64,000 nt of DNA. It comes from Candidatus Bathyarchaeota archaeon. GTDB taxonomy: Archaea > Thermoproteota > Bathyarchaeia > Bathyarchaeales > Bathycorpusculaceae. The notes under the pieces are model-generated. The model did no database searches, had not been told where the DNA came from, and saw nothing but the letters and a program-made list of their open reading frames with translations. Positions 31,104 through 40,177 of the stretch are shown in pieces (position 1 is the first letter of the stretch; the number at the start of each line of letters is the position of its first letter). Both the position numbers and the translations under genes were made by a program. The DNA lies in the NCBI GenBank assembly GCA_963782525.1, contig CAWAKC010000007.1:192001-256000 (forward strand), in the 5' to 3' direction.

Positions 31104-31442
31104 ATGTGGCGAGGAAGACACAGATGCGGCGGACGAGGGAGATTCCCAAAACCCGTTACATTAGGGGTTTTTCCGCATATAACCAGCTTTACGCCTAATC
31201 CATCAAGGAACCTGGAACCTGTTTTCGTTGAATTCGCGGAGGTTGAGGCTTTTAGGCTAGTGGACATGGAGGGTTTGTCGCAGGAAGAAGCTGGACAAAG
31301 AATGAGCATTTCAAGAGGAACCATCTGGAGACTCGTCCAAAGCGCAAGAAAAAAAACCTCACAAGCACTTAGCGAAGGAAAACCAATATACATCGTTACA
31401 TCTAACCCAAATAGAGAAAACCGAAAAAGCGATAAGGAATAG
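31104..31442 (+). CDS. DUF134-family HTH protein
   Basis: E.EAFRLVDMEGLSQEEAGQRMSISRGTIWR...ARKK. Confidence 0.9.
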   Translation: MWRGRHRCGGRGRFPKPVTLGVFPHITSFTPNPSRNLEPVFVEFAEVEAFRLVDMEGLSQEEAGQRMSISRGTIWRLVQSARKKTSQALSEGKPIYIVTSNPNRENRKSDKE

Positions 31443-31474
31443 CTTTTCGTCCTCAAAAGCAGTTAGCCATAGAA

Positions 31475-31945
31475 GTGGAAGAAATGGAAAGTTCCGTTAA
31501 AATTACTGATAGAGTAGAGGATTATCTAAGGATAATCGATAAAATAATTGATAAGCAAGGTTTTGCTAGAACCGGTGATGTTGCTTCGGAGTTGGGAATC
31601 AAGCCAGCAAGTGTTTTTGAAATGCTGAGCAAACTTCAAAAACAGGGGTTGATTGTTCATAAAAAATACGGTGAAGTGAAATTAACCGGAAAAGGTCAAA
31701 GTATGGCAGATGCCATCAACAAGAGACAGGGTACTTTTCTTAAATTTCCAGATATAATTTTAGTTCCACATGACGTTGCAATTAGAGATGCCAATATACT
31801 TGAGCACAAGCTAGACTACACAACAATAATTCAGTTTTAGAAATTCGTTGACTTTATGACCTTAGAGCGACCATATGTCATTAAAAAATGGCGAGAATTC
31901 TTCAAATACTACTCTGGCATGGAAGAGAAAGATAGGCAGAATTGA
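31475..31945 (+). pseudogene. DtxR/MntR-family metalloregulator with premature TAG
   Basis: EDYL, SVFEMLSKL, LT.KG, LEH; in-frame TAG at 31838-31840 followed by a homologous-looking KFVDFM...WREFFKYY tail; usual RRH and C ligands altered. Confidence 0.75.
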
Positions 31946-32066
31946 TCATCAACAATCCCGTAAACTTCTTAATCAATAAATTTATTGCTCAACAAGTCAT
32001 TCATATCTTGTCTAAACAACGGCTTCTTGTGGTCCACATTTTTGCAGGAGTGAAACGGTGAACTAA

Positions 32067-32340
32067 ATGGTATCTGTAGTAGCGGTGGGTTGTCATCCAG
32101 ATGATGTTGAGAGCGGATGTTTTGGTACGTTAACTTTGTATAGGAAAATGAAAGCTGATGTCAAAATCCTTCTATTAACTGGGGGAGAAAATGGTGGAGA
32201 CAAAGAGGTCTGGTTAAGGGCACCGAATCCGCATGTTCAGTTATAGGCGCAACTTTAGTCTATGCAGACTTCAAGGATGGCCAAATAAATCAAGATTTTA
32301 CCAATCTAACCTGTTCTCCCCCAAAAAACCAGTCAAACAA
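32067..32340 (+). pseudogene. PIG-L/LmbE-family deacetylase N-terminal remnant
   Basis: VVAVGCHPDDVESGCFGTL...LTGGENGG, frameshift near 32220, then ESACSVIGA...DFKDG; ends at the IS. Confidence 0.75.
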
Positions 32341-32900
32341 GTGAACTACTCGCCACTTTCGTGGCGAGCATCTCCAGAAAACCGCGTTCACTTAGTCGAG
32401 TTTATTTTCTGTTGATGTATTCTTCGATTTCTGCGCCGGTAACGTCACCTGCAGTCCTCTCAGCGTAACCCTCTGACCACAAATGCCCACCCCAAAGATG
32501 CTTCTTAATATCAGGAAACTCGACGAAAAGCACTCTAGCGGAAACGCATTTGAGAACACGCCTTATCTTAGGGATCGACACTTTTGTTGGAGCAGAAACA
32601 AACACATGCACATGGTCGCCACCATGAACCCTGGCAACTAACAGTTGACAATCATTCTGATCAACAATCGTCTTAAGTACAGCTTCAAGCCTAACTTTAA
32701 CTGAGCCCAAAAGTACCTTGCGCCGGTATTTAGTGGCCCAGATAAGGTGGTAGTTGACTTGGTAAGCACACGTCCGAGCTTTATCCAGTCTCTCATCCCC
32801 TTATCCAACGGTGAGAAAACTAAACAAACGCCAAAAACATACGACTTACGGTACGAATACGCATTCATCCTGCCGCGTTAGCGGCAGGTATTCTGCTATG
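32341..32900. mobile_element. IS200/IS605-family element lacking tnpB (ends approximate)
   Basis: Subterminal hairpins CTCGCCAC-tttc-GTGGCGAG (32349-32368) and CCTGCCGC-gtta-GCGGCAGG (32869-32888) flank tnpA. Confidence 0.8.
32402..32796 (-). pseudogene. tnpA: IS200-type Y1 transposase, probably frameshifted at the 5' end
   Basis: YQVNYHLIWATKYRRKVL, DHVH (HUH), LWGGHLWS.GY, YI; ATG at 32796 is 2 nt out of frame, an in-frame CTG lies at 32788. Confidence 0.85.
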
Positions 32901-33082
32901 TTTTTTACAAACAACAGAGAGTGTTCTTATTACGGAAACTGCAATCGTGGAAGTTGAAAACAATAATTTACAGAATTTTGGATTGAGCGAAAAGAAGCTC
33001 ATACCTTTGCTACACGGGATTTTGCAGTGAAGCTCTTAAAGCAAGACATCAAATTCATTGCTCTTGATAGATCACGAAAAAA

Positions 33083-33943
33083 TTAGCGCAAACAAGTTCT
33101 TTTTAATATTGCAGAGCCTGTTTCCACTCCGACACCTTCGGCTATAATCGGGCACTTCACCTTCATAAGAAAAAACATTTCCTTATGTTGTATATCATTA
33201 AGAGATTCATAGTTACCTTGACCTTTACTAATCACGAGACTACTGGTTTCAAACTCCTCAAGAAACTCTGATGAGCACTCTCTAAACAGCACACCCGTGC
33301 AATCGGCTCCAATTGATATGACATTGGCAATCTTTGTGATCCCAGCTATTTCAGCATCTTGGAATGTTGCGTCATTCAGAATAGGAGCATCCTTGACTGC
33401 ATAAATCACCTCCACATTCTGCCTCAACAACTCTTCTATCAGTATCCTGTCAAAAACTGTTTCTCCAGCGTTATCTGCAAGATACAACACTTGTTTAGAC
33501 CCAAGAAGTGACCCTTTCAGCTTGCCTACATCGTTTATAGCAAGATCATTACTTAACATGTCTTCAACATCTTTTTCCAAGTTTATGTCCACCTTTGGCC
33601 CGAAATCTATTATGTTGCCAGTAATAGCTACCTTAGCCGCAGCAAGTAATGGATCATCCGCAGCTTCAACAATAGCGGCAAGTTTCGGATAAAGCTCCAA
33701 GGCAGCATGATTATATTTCCCCTTCAACTGGCTATACGGATCAGCGTTGCCTGTGACTTTTTTAATGATTCTGTGCACGTTTGTGGCAAGCTCAGGCGTA
33801 GTTCTATCCCATTGCGCGTTTGAAAGATAATTCATTACTTCTCTAAGAGCAGCCTCTCGCGTAGCCATATCAGTAGAACTCATTTTGGTTGCATCTAACG
33901 CTTGTCTTAACAAGCAAGGAATACACTCAAGATGCACTTTCAC
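33083..33943 (-). CDS. DUF89/ARMT1-like damage-control phosphatase
   Basis: ECIPC, DPY, GNIIDFG, DNAGE..FD, ILND, SKGQGNYESL, KC. Confidence 0.92.
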   Translation of the reverse strand: MKVHLECIPCLLRQALDATKMSSTDMATREAALREVMNYLSNAQWDRTTPELATNVHRIIKKVTGNADPYSQLKGKYNHAALELYPKLAAIVEAADDPLLAAAKVAITGNIIDFGPKVDINLEKDVEDMLSNDLAINDVGKLKGSLLGSKQVLYLADNAGETVFDRILIEELLRQNVEVIYAVKDAPILNDATFQDAEIAGITKIANVISIGADCTGVLFRECSSEFLEEFETSSLVISKGQGNYESLNDIQHKEMFFLMKVKCPIIAEGVGVETGSAILKRTCLR

Positions 33944-34932
33944 TTTTCAGCTCCTCCTCTATTCGGCAGCTTCCGCATATAATACCTGTTTCCTTCACAC
34001 TCAAGCTCTACAAGTTTGTCTGCAGCCAGAAGTTTCTCAATGATTCGCCAACCTGAATTTGATTTCCTTAAGAACTCCGTAACTGCTTCGTACCGCATGG
34101 GATGTACAGCCATTATGCTCAACAAATCTTCTTCAACATCCCCAATAAACGCAAATGTATTTCCTTCATAACCAATTAAATATTCAACTCTGTCAACGCC
34201 AAGCTTTTCAGAGAAAAGCTGAAAGGCAGCATTTATAACTTCTTCTCGGGCAGGTTTAACCCAATTCTCTGCTGGCGGTCTAGTAGGAACTGCAATATAT
34301 GCTCTATTTAGTTTTTTCAAACTTGCCAAAAAAGTTGCTATTCCTTCAAATTCGTTTCCGTAATCGATATCATCCAGAAGCATAGTTTCAGTTACAATCG
34401 TTCCCTTAAATGCCTCTGCAAAATCTTGGATGCCCGTCAGAATCGCGCTTAATTCTAAGTCTTTATGAGGTCTGTCAATCTTTCTCCACAAAGCGTTGCT
34501 GATAGCATCTACCTTTAAAGAAACATAATCAGCCTTTAGCAAATCTTGCCTAACATCTTTTAACCAGAGTATTGAAGCGTTAGTTAAGACAGCTATAGGA
34601 ATACCCATTCGCCTTAGAAGCGATATTTCTTGACCTATGTTAACATCTAGGGTTGGCTCTCCATCCGACACAAAAGTGAGATAATCAATTTGCTCATTCC
34701 GCTCGGTGGCATTGGCAACTTTTCGCTGAACTTCGTTCAAAATTTCGCATGGCTGGTAGAAGACTTGACGTTCAACAACATTTGCGTTGGTTTTTCCCAG
34801 CTGGCAATAGACACATGAATAGCTGCACGTCTTTGGGGGTATGTTATTTATTCCTAAGCTTTTTCCCAGACGTCTGGATGGAACAGGACCAAAAGCAATG
34901 GACATTGAATCAGATAGTGTATTCATTTCCAA
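33940..34932 (-). CDS. Radical SAM protein (uncharacterised GPVPSRRLG family)
   Basis: FGPVPSRRLGKSLGIN, CSYSCVYCQLG, DGEPTL. Confidence 0.9.
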   Translation of the reverse strand: MEMNTLSDSMSIAFGPVPSRRLGKSLGINNIPPKTCSYSCVYCQLGKTNANVVERQVFYQPCEILNEVQRKVANATERNEQIDYLTFVSDGEPTLDVNIGQEISLLRRMGIPIAVLTNASILWLKDVRQDLLKADYVSLKVDAISNALWRKIDRPHKDLELSAILTGIQDFAEAFKGTIVTETMLLDDIDYGNEFEGIATFLASLKKLNRAYIAVPTRPPAENWVKPAREEVINAAFQLFSEKLGVDRVEYLIGYEGNTFAFIGDVEEDLLSIMAVHPMRYEAVTEFLRKSNSGWRIIEKLLAADKLVELECEGNRYYMRKLPNRGGAEK

Positions 34933-35126
34933 GACTTTGTTGCCTCATTTTTCTTGTTTGCTCTTTCAACTGAGCAGGTGTACATTTCAGCGATTTCTTT
35001 TCGACACATGCATCCGTGTTTGGTTTTCCCAATTTAGATAAGCTAATTATTGAGCCATAACCATTTGTTTGGCTTTTGCTCATTTTCACCACGGTATCTG
35101 TTGCTTGTTTAAATTATTTCAAAAAT

Positions 35127-35172
35127 GTTTAATAGCTAAACATTATTAATAGTTTCTGTTTATAAAACAAAC
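35127..35172. promoter_or_regulatory. Repeated two-box operator/TATA motif, copy B
   Basis: GTTTAatagcTAAAC-at-TATTAATA-N6-GTTTAtaaaaCAAAC, ending immediately before the ATG at 35173. Confidence 0.8.
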
Positions 35173-36498
35173 ATGAGCTTAGTCGGAGATCAAACAATGG
35201 ATAACCTTAACGGGAAACAGAACAAACCAAGCGTTTACGATTCACGGGCAAATTGGCCACCCTACACCTACCGAGATTACCCAAACATAAAAGCTGAAAC
35301 GTACAAGGCCTTCACGGAGTTCTTGAATACGGAGAACACGTCAGGTAGACTCATGGAGTTGCAGCCGTGGATTTCAATCTGCGATTCAAAATGCGCGTTT
35401 TGTTATTTCCCAACGACAGCTACAAACAAGGTGCAGATAGAGACGTATCTTCAACTGTTAAAGAAAGAACTGGAAATGTATGCTAAAACAAAGTATGTCA
35501 AGACAAGCATGTTTGACGAGATAGTTTTGGGCGGCGGAACCCCAAGCGTACTCACATCTGAGCAGATGATTGATCTCATAGACTTTTGCAAATCAAACTT
35601 CCCCATAAACAAAGAATACTTCATAAAAGTCTCCGGTTCCTCCAAGACGTTGGCTCTCAAGAAAATTGATAAACTCGCCGAATACGGCGTTTACCAATTG
35701 GATATGGGTGCCCAAACATTTGATGACAAAATCCGAAAACTAATGTGCCTGCCCGACTCCGCGGCAAGCGTGGAAAACGCAATTAAACACGCACGCAAAC
35801 TCGGCTTATGTGTATGCGTTGACTTCATGTACAACTTTCCAACTCAAACAATGGAAAGCTGGATAAACACGCTTAAAAAAGCCATAGAGTTAGATGTAGA
35901 AATTGACGCTTACTCGTTGCACGTTGACTCTGGTACTCCGCTTGAGAAAATGATTAAAACGGGTGTGCTTCCTCCGCCTGGCGACGCGGAATACGAGAAG
36001 GAAATGTACTTGGCTGCGTACAAGCTTTTGACCGAAGCAGGATACAAAGCAGTGGGTCACGACCGCTACAGCCGAGTGGAATGGCACATGCGTGAGAACT
36101 GCCTCAACGGCTGGCCTTGGGGCGGAATCCTCACCACAGGTGCAGGCTGCTTCATGGGTTACCTGCAACGGTTCTCGTACTCTAACATAGATAACGTAAA
36201 TGATTACATGGCAACCGTTAGCTCTGGCAAACTGCCCATTCAACGGCTTTGCGAATCCACGGATGACGACATGATGCGGCGAGAAATGAGCAGGCTTTAT
36301 TTGCGGTTGCCCGTGAGTAAAAAGGAGTTTTTGGAGAAATTCGGCAAACTTCCCGAAGATGTCTTCCCACAGCAGCTGAAGAACCTTAAGGCTAAGGGCT
36401 TAATCGAGGTTGACGGCAAAGAAGTTCGTTTGACTAAGCAGGGTGAAGTGTGGAAGGGCAACATTGCTTGGGAATTCGCACCCACAACTGCTAAATAA
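35173..36498 (+). CDS. HemN/HutW-like class C radical SAM protein (paralog of 20893-22170)
   Basis: CDSKCAFC, LGGGTPS, DMGAQTF, DFMYNFP.Q, LTKQG. Confidence 0.88.
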   Translation: MSLVGDQTMDNLNGKQNKPSVYDSRANWPPYTYRDYPNIKAETYKAFTEFLNTENTSGRLMELQPWISICDSKCAFCYFPTTATNKVQIETYLQLLKKELEMYAKTKYVKTSMFDEIVLGGGTPSVLTSEQMIDLIDFCKSNFPINKEYFIKVSGSSKTLALKKIDKLAEYGVYQLDMGAQTFDDKIRKLMCLPDSAASVENAIKHARKLGLCVCVDFMYNFPTQTMESWINTLKKAIELDVEIDAYSLHVDSGTPLEKMIKTGVLPPPGDAEYEKEMYLAAYKLLTEAGYKAVGHDRYSRVEWHMRENCLNGWPWGGILTTGAGCFMGYLQRFSYSNIDNVNDYMATVSSGKLPIQRLCESTDDDMMRREMSRLYLRLPVSKKEFLEKFGKLPEDVFPQQLKNLKAKGLIEVDGKEVRLTKQGEVWKGNIAWEFAPTTAK

Positions 36499-36521
36499 AA
36501 AAAACAGATAGCGAGACTATG

Positions 36522-37097
36522 CTACTTTGAAGTCTTTGTTAGTAACCCATTTTTTGCAGATACAAAAACAGCGGCTGCAATAGTTGTTGTCCAAAAACCA
36601 TTCTTGTCTCCAGTGGCTGACTGCGTAATATTAGCTGTCTTTATAATTAGCCCCGTTGTTTTGAAGAGTTGTTTGCGTTCATCCCAAGCAGTTTTAGGAT
36701 CAAACTGGATACCCATAGTAGTAGCTAACATAGTAGCGGCTAGGTCTTCTGCATATTCCCCTGCAGCTTCATCCGTTTGCCCAAAGGAGTGGTGTTCACT
36801 GAGATAGCCGTACTGGTTTTTCTCCGATGGGATGGCAACACCGATAGATGATACAAGCAATCTATGTGGTTCCATAGCGGAGTTTCTAGCCAGAACCACA
36901 TAGGTGATTTCTCCGGGCTGCAACATCTTCAAACCCTGCTCTTGTGAAATCAATTTGCATCCAGCCGGAACTATGCTTGAAACATTCACAAGGTTACAAT
37001 ACTGAATGCCCGCATCTCTTAACGCAAGCTCAAAAGACTGCAATTGGTCTCTGTGTTTGCCGACACCCTTAGTCAGAAAAAATAATTCAGGTATCAT
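36522..37097 (-). CDS. pdaD: Pyruvoyl-dependent arginine decarboxylase
   Basis: [11 protein letters not shown]...[10 protein letters not shown] (Ser-Ser cleavage site), [16 protein letters not shown]. Confidence 0.93.
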   Translation of the reverse strand: MIPELFFLTKGVGKHRDQLQSFELALRDAGIQYCNLVNVSSIVPAGCKLISQEQGLKMLQPGEITYVVLARNSAMEPHRLLVSSIGVAIPSEKNQYGYLSEHHSFGQTDEAAGEYAEDLAATMLATTMGIQFDPKTAWDERKQLFKTTGLIIKTANITQSATGDKNGFWTTTIAAAVFVSAKNGLLTKTSK

Positions 37098-37968
37098 GAT
37101 TTCCTGCTCCTAGAAATTCACTCATCTTGTTCCACATGTTCTTTATTTCGTCCGATACACCACTCTTGGGCGAGTATTCAACAACTGTTTTTCCATTAAC
37201 CATCGCTTGAGTAACTTCAGGGCTAAAGGGAATGATTCCCACAACTTCAATTCTGTTTTCCTTGCAGAAACTCAAAATCTTGTTAGTATTGCCCGTGTTT
37301 ACATCGTACATGTTTATGCAAACAAAGGGAGCAACATTAAAATGGTCTAGCAGTTGCAGGACTCTTTCAAGATCATGGATACCAGAAAGGGTCGGTTCAG
37401 TAATCACCAACGCAGCATCTACCCCAGTAATAGAAGCTATAACGGGACAGCCAATTCCCGGTGAACCATCGATAATAATTAGATCGCACTTTGCCTTCTC
37501 GGCAAGTATTTTGGCGTTCTGCCTAACCAGAGTGACAAGTTTTCCAGAATTCGACTCACCTGGATGAAGCAGGGCATGCGACATGAAACCATATTTAGTC
37601 TTTGAAATATAGGCCTCTCCAGACACCCTTTCAGCCAAAGTTATAGCATTTTTTGGGCAAACAACTGCGCAGACTCCGCACCCTTCGCAGGCAATAACGT
37701 CAACATTCAAATTACTAGTTATAGCGTCGAAGATACATTTCTCTTTGCATAAACCGCATTTGACACATTTTGTTTCGTCGATGACAGCTACCTTTGACCC
37801 TTTAAACTCTTGCGCTTTAATTATTTCGGGATGCAGAAGCATGTGAAGGTCAGGCGCGTCCACATCACAGTCAGCGACTACAGCGTTTTTTGCCAGAACA
37901 GCAAAAGAAGCGGTTATTGATGTTTTGCCAGTGCCGCCCTTGCCGCTTAACACAGTTAACTGCTTCAT
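37087..37968 (-). CDS. MinD-superfamily P-loop ATPase with inserted ferredoxin domain
   Basis: [18 protein letters not shown], two CxxCxxC motifs, NSGKLV, GCP, VITEPT. Confidence 0.9.
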   Translation of the reverse strand: MKQLTVLSGKGGTGKTSITASFAVLAKNAVVADCDVDAPDLHMLLHPEIIKAQEFKGSKVAVIDETKCVKCGLCKEKCIFDAITSNLNVDVIACEGCGVCAVVCPKNAITLAERVSGEAYISKTKYGFMSHALLHPGESNSGKLVTLVRQNAKILAEKAKCDLIIIDGSPGIGCPVIASITGVDAALVITEPTLSGIHDLERVLQLLDHFNVAPFVCINMYDVNTGNTNKILSFCKENRIEVVGIIPFSPEVTQAMVNGKTVVEYSPKSGVSDEIKNMWNKMSEFLGAGNHDT

Positions 37969-38801
37969 TTTGTGGCTAACACCTTGATTTTATTGTAGAG
38001 CACTTGAAATTTATCTGCCCACTCAGGCATTTCCAAGCTAAACGGAATACCTTTAGAGTAGAGTTCAGCTATTCGTCTTTCATAAGGAATTTCCAAAAGA
38101 ATACGGATGCTCTCTTTTCCACAGTAATCATACACTTTTTTGTCACCTATGCCAGCGCGGTTAATAACTACACCAAAAGGAATCCCAACTTTTCGCAAAA
38201 CCTCAACTGCTATCTTCAAGTCATGTAAACCAAAAGGAGTAGGTTCAGTCACTAAAATACAGAAGTCACTGCCTCTAACAGTTTCCACAAATGGGCATGA
38301 GGTTCCAGGCGGAGAATCAAGAATCACATTTTTCTCCTCTGTAATCTGTTTTTTAACAGCTTTTATGACTGGAACAGCCATAGGCTTGCCTACTTCAAGC
38401 TCCCCATAAACAAGAGCCACTCCGTCAGTTGCACCAAAATTCAGCGTACCGATTTTGTGCTTTTCCCAAGTAATTGCCTTTCTTGGGCAAACCATAGCGC
38501 ATCCACCGCAGCTATGGCAGAGCTCTGGAAAAACAAGAATTTTCTCGGAGGCTACAAATATAGCGTTAAACTGGCAGAATTTTGTGCATTCCCCACAAGT
38601 GTTACAAAGGGTTCTATCTACTTTCGGGATTAAAGTGTAAACTGCTTCTTTTTTAGTCATTTCAGGATGCAAAAGCAGATATGCATTGGGCTCTTCAATG
38701 TCACAATCCAAAAGTTGAACGTTACCTACTGAAAGAGCCAGGTTTACCGCTACCGATGTTTTTCCCGTTCCACCTTTTCCACTAGCAACAGACACAATCA
38801 T
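37965..38801 (-). CDS. MinD-superfamily P-loop ATPase with inserted ferredoxin domain
   Basis: [43 protein letters not shown]. Confidence 0.9.
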   Translation of the reverse strand: MIVSVASGKGGTGKTSVAVNLALSVGNVQLLDCDIEEPNAYLLLHPEMTKKEAVYTLIPKVDRTLCNTCGECTKFCQFNAIFVASEKILVFPELCHSCGGCAMVCPRKAITWEKHKIGTLNFGATDGVALVYGELEVGKPMAVPVIKAVKKQITEEKNVILDSPPGTSCPFVETVRGSDFCILVTEPTPFGLHDLKIAVEVLRKVGIPFGVVINRAGIGDKKVYDYCGKESIRILLEIPYERRIAELYSKGIPFSLEMPEWADKFQVLYNKIKVLATK

Positions 38802-38844
38802 TTACTTACCTCTGAATATACACTTAAGAAAAAAATGGAGTTGA

Positions 38845-39237
38845 CTATATCTCTGAGCGTCCCTTTAGTTTTTCATACTCGGCGATTGCCTTTCGCAACG
38901 TTTTTATAGACAGCGTTGCGCAGTCGTGCTTTAACTTTGGCAAACCTCCAAGTTCATCCAATAGGGATTCTTCCGTCATCTTCTTCGCTTGATTAACAGT
39001 CTTGTCTTTCAAGAGCGTAGTCATAGCAGACGCTGAAGCAGCCGAACCAGGGCAGCCTAAATAAAAGAACGTGGCGCCTTCTATTTTGTCTTTTTTGTTG
39101 ATCTTTAGATATAGTTTTATGAGGTCGCCGCATGGACCAAGAAAAGTAGTGACAACACTAGGGTTCTCTAATGTGCCTACGTTAACATTGTTCACGTATA
39201 GATCGATTGCTTTCTTAGAGTACCCTGACTCAATCAT
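38845..39237 (-). CDS. IscU/NifU-like Fe-S scaffold
   Basis: YS..., GPCGD, GC...ASAS, HDCA: three conserved Cys. Confidence 0.88.
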   Translation of the reverse strand: MIESGYSKKAIDLYVNNVNVGTLENPSVVTTFLGPCGDLIKLYLKINKKDKIEGATFFYLGCPGSAASASAMTTLLKDKTVNQAKKMTEESLLDELGGLPKLKHDCATLSIKTLRKAIAEYEKLKGRSEI

Positions 39238-39315
39238 CAGTTTCAGTTCTTCGTCTGATAGTTTCCGTGACGTTTTTCCACCTCCAGAGCCACATCATCA
39301 CCATTGATTTCCACA

Positions 39316-39708
39316 TTAATGGTGATGCTCATGATGTTCATGTTGTTCATGCCCACAACCTTCGGTAAGCTCTTGGAGCTTGTCGTCTTTATAGGCGGCA
39401 ACCACTTTGTCAACCGTGTCTTCATTGGATCTTAGCACTGCAACTCCTGCGTTCTTAAAAATATCAATAGCCTTAAACCCCATATCATGGACAATTACGG
39501 CAGTCGGTTTCAACTCCAAAATGTGGTCTGGTGCAACACCTACGCCACCTGCATGCTCGCTAACGTTTGGAACAGACTTAACGTTTGAAACTTCACCTTT
39601 CTCGTCAAAGTCAACAACGGTATAGTATGGAGCTCTTCCAAAATGCTCTGCTAAACTTGCTTTCAAGCCATTTTGATCTTCTGAAGGGATTACTATTCTA
39701 TCTGTCAA
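39316..39708 (-). CDS. NifB/NifX-family protein with His-rich tail
   Basis: HFGRAPYY, C-terminal CGHEQHEHHEHH; paralog of 28309-28689. Confidence 0.88.
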   Translation of the reverse strand: MTDRIVIPSEDQNGLKASLAEHFGRAPYYTVVDFDEKGEVSNVKSVPNVSEHAGGVGVAPDHILELKPTAVIVHDMGFKAIDIFKNAGVAVLRSNEDTVDKVVAAYKDDKLQELTEGCGHEQHEHHEHHH

Positions 39709-39790
39709 TTACCTCACACCTCCATTTCTATTAACTCGAACATGTTCTTAGTTTGCTTAGTCGAAACTCGGTTTAATTTGTTTATGTGCT

Positions 39791-40177
39791 TCATCTTCCC
39801 CCGCCTCGCCCTCGGCCCATTCCGGAATGTTCGCCCACTGTAGGCGTGCCAGTTTTTCCATACTCGCCTTTCTTGAACTTTTCAACAACATCTTTGACAG
39901 TTCCGGATGCGCCGGTCACAATTTCTATGCCAGCCGCTGACAATGCCCCGAAGGCGTTAGGTCCAACATTTCCAGTTATGACCACTTTGACACCTTTGTT
40001 TGCTATGGTTTGTGCTGCTTGGATTCCTGCGCCGCCTGTTGCGCCTGCAGCCATGTTTGGAATTGCTTCAAACTGCATTGTTTCAGAATCCACAACTATA
40101 AGGTAGGGGCATCTACCGAAGCGAGGATCTAACTGCGCTTCCAAATTGTCTGCTGTTGCACTTACACATATTTTCAT
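39791..40177 (-). CDS. NifB/NifX-family protein
   Basis: DPRFGRCPY, GGAGIQAAQ, TGNVGPNA, GRGRGGGR tail. Confidence 0.9.
   Translation of the reverse strand: MKICVSATADNLEAQLDPRFGRCPYLIVVDSETMQFEAIPNMAAGATGGAGIQAAQTIANKGVKVVITGNVGPNAFGALSAAGIEIVTGASGTVKDVVEKFKKGEYGKTGTPTVGEHSGMGRGRGGGR

Noticed and set aside
31838-31840. In-frame TAG in the DtxR-like gene (and in the DUF5752-like gene) as pyrrolysine read-through
   Set aside because: No pyl genes in the window, TAG ends many ordinary genes here, and both genes carry other degenerative changes
34910-35092. 60-aa ORF upstream of the radical SAM gene
   Set aside because: Could be a degraded small protein (CTPAQLKE) but there is no motif I can support
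28309-40177. NifB/NifX and NifU-like genes as evidence of nitrogen fixation
   Set aside because: No nifH/D/K in the window; these small families are common in non-diazotrophic anaerobes
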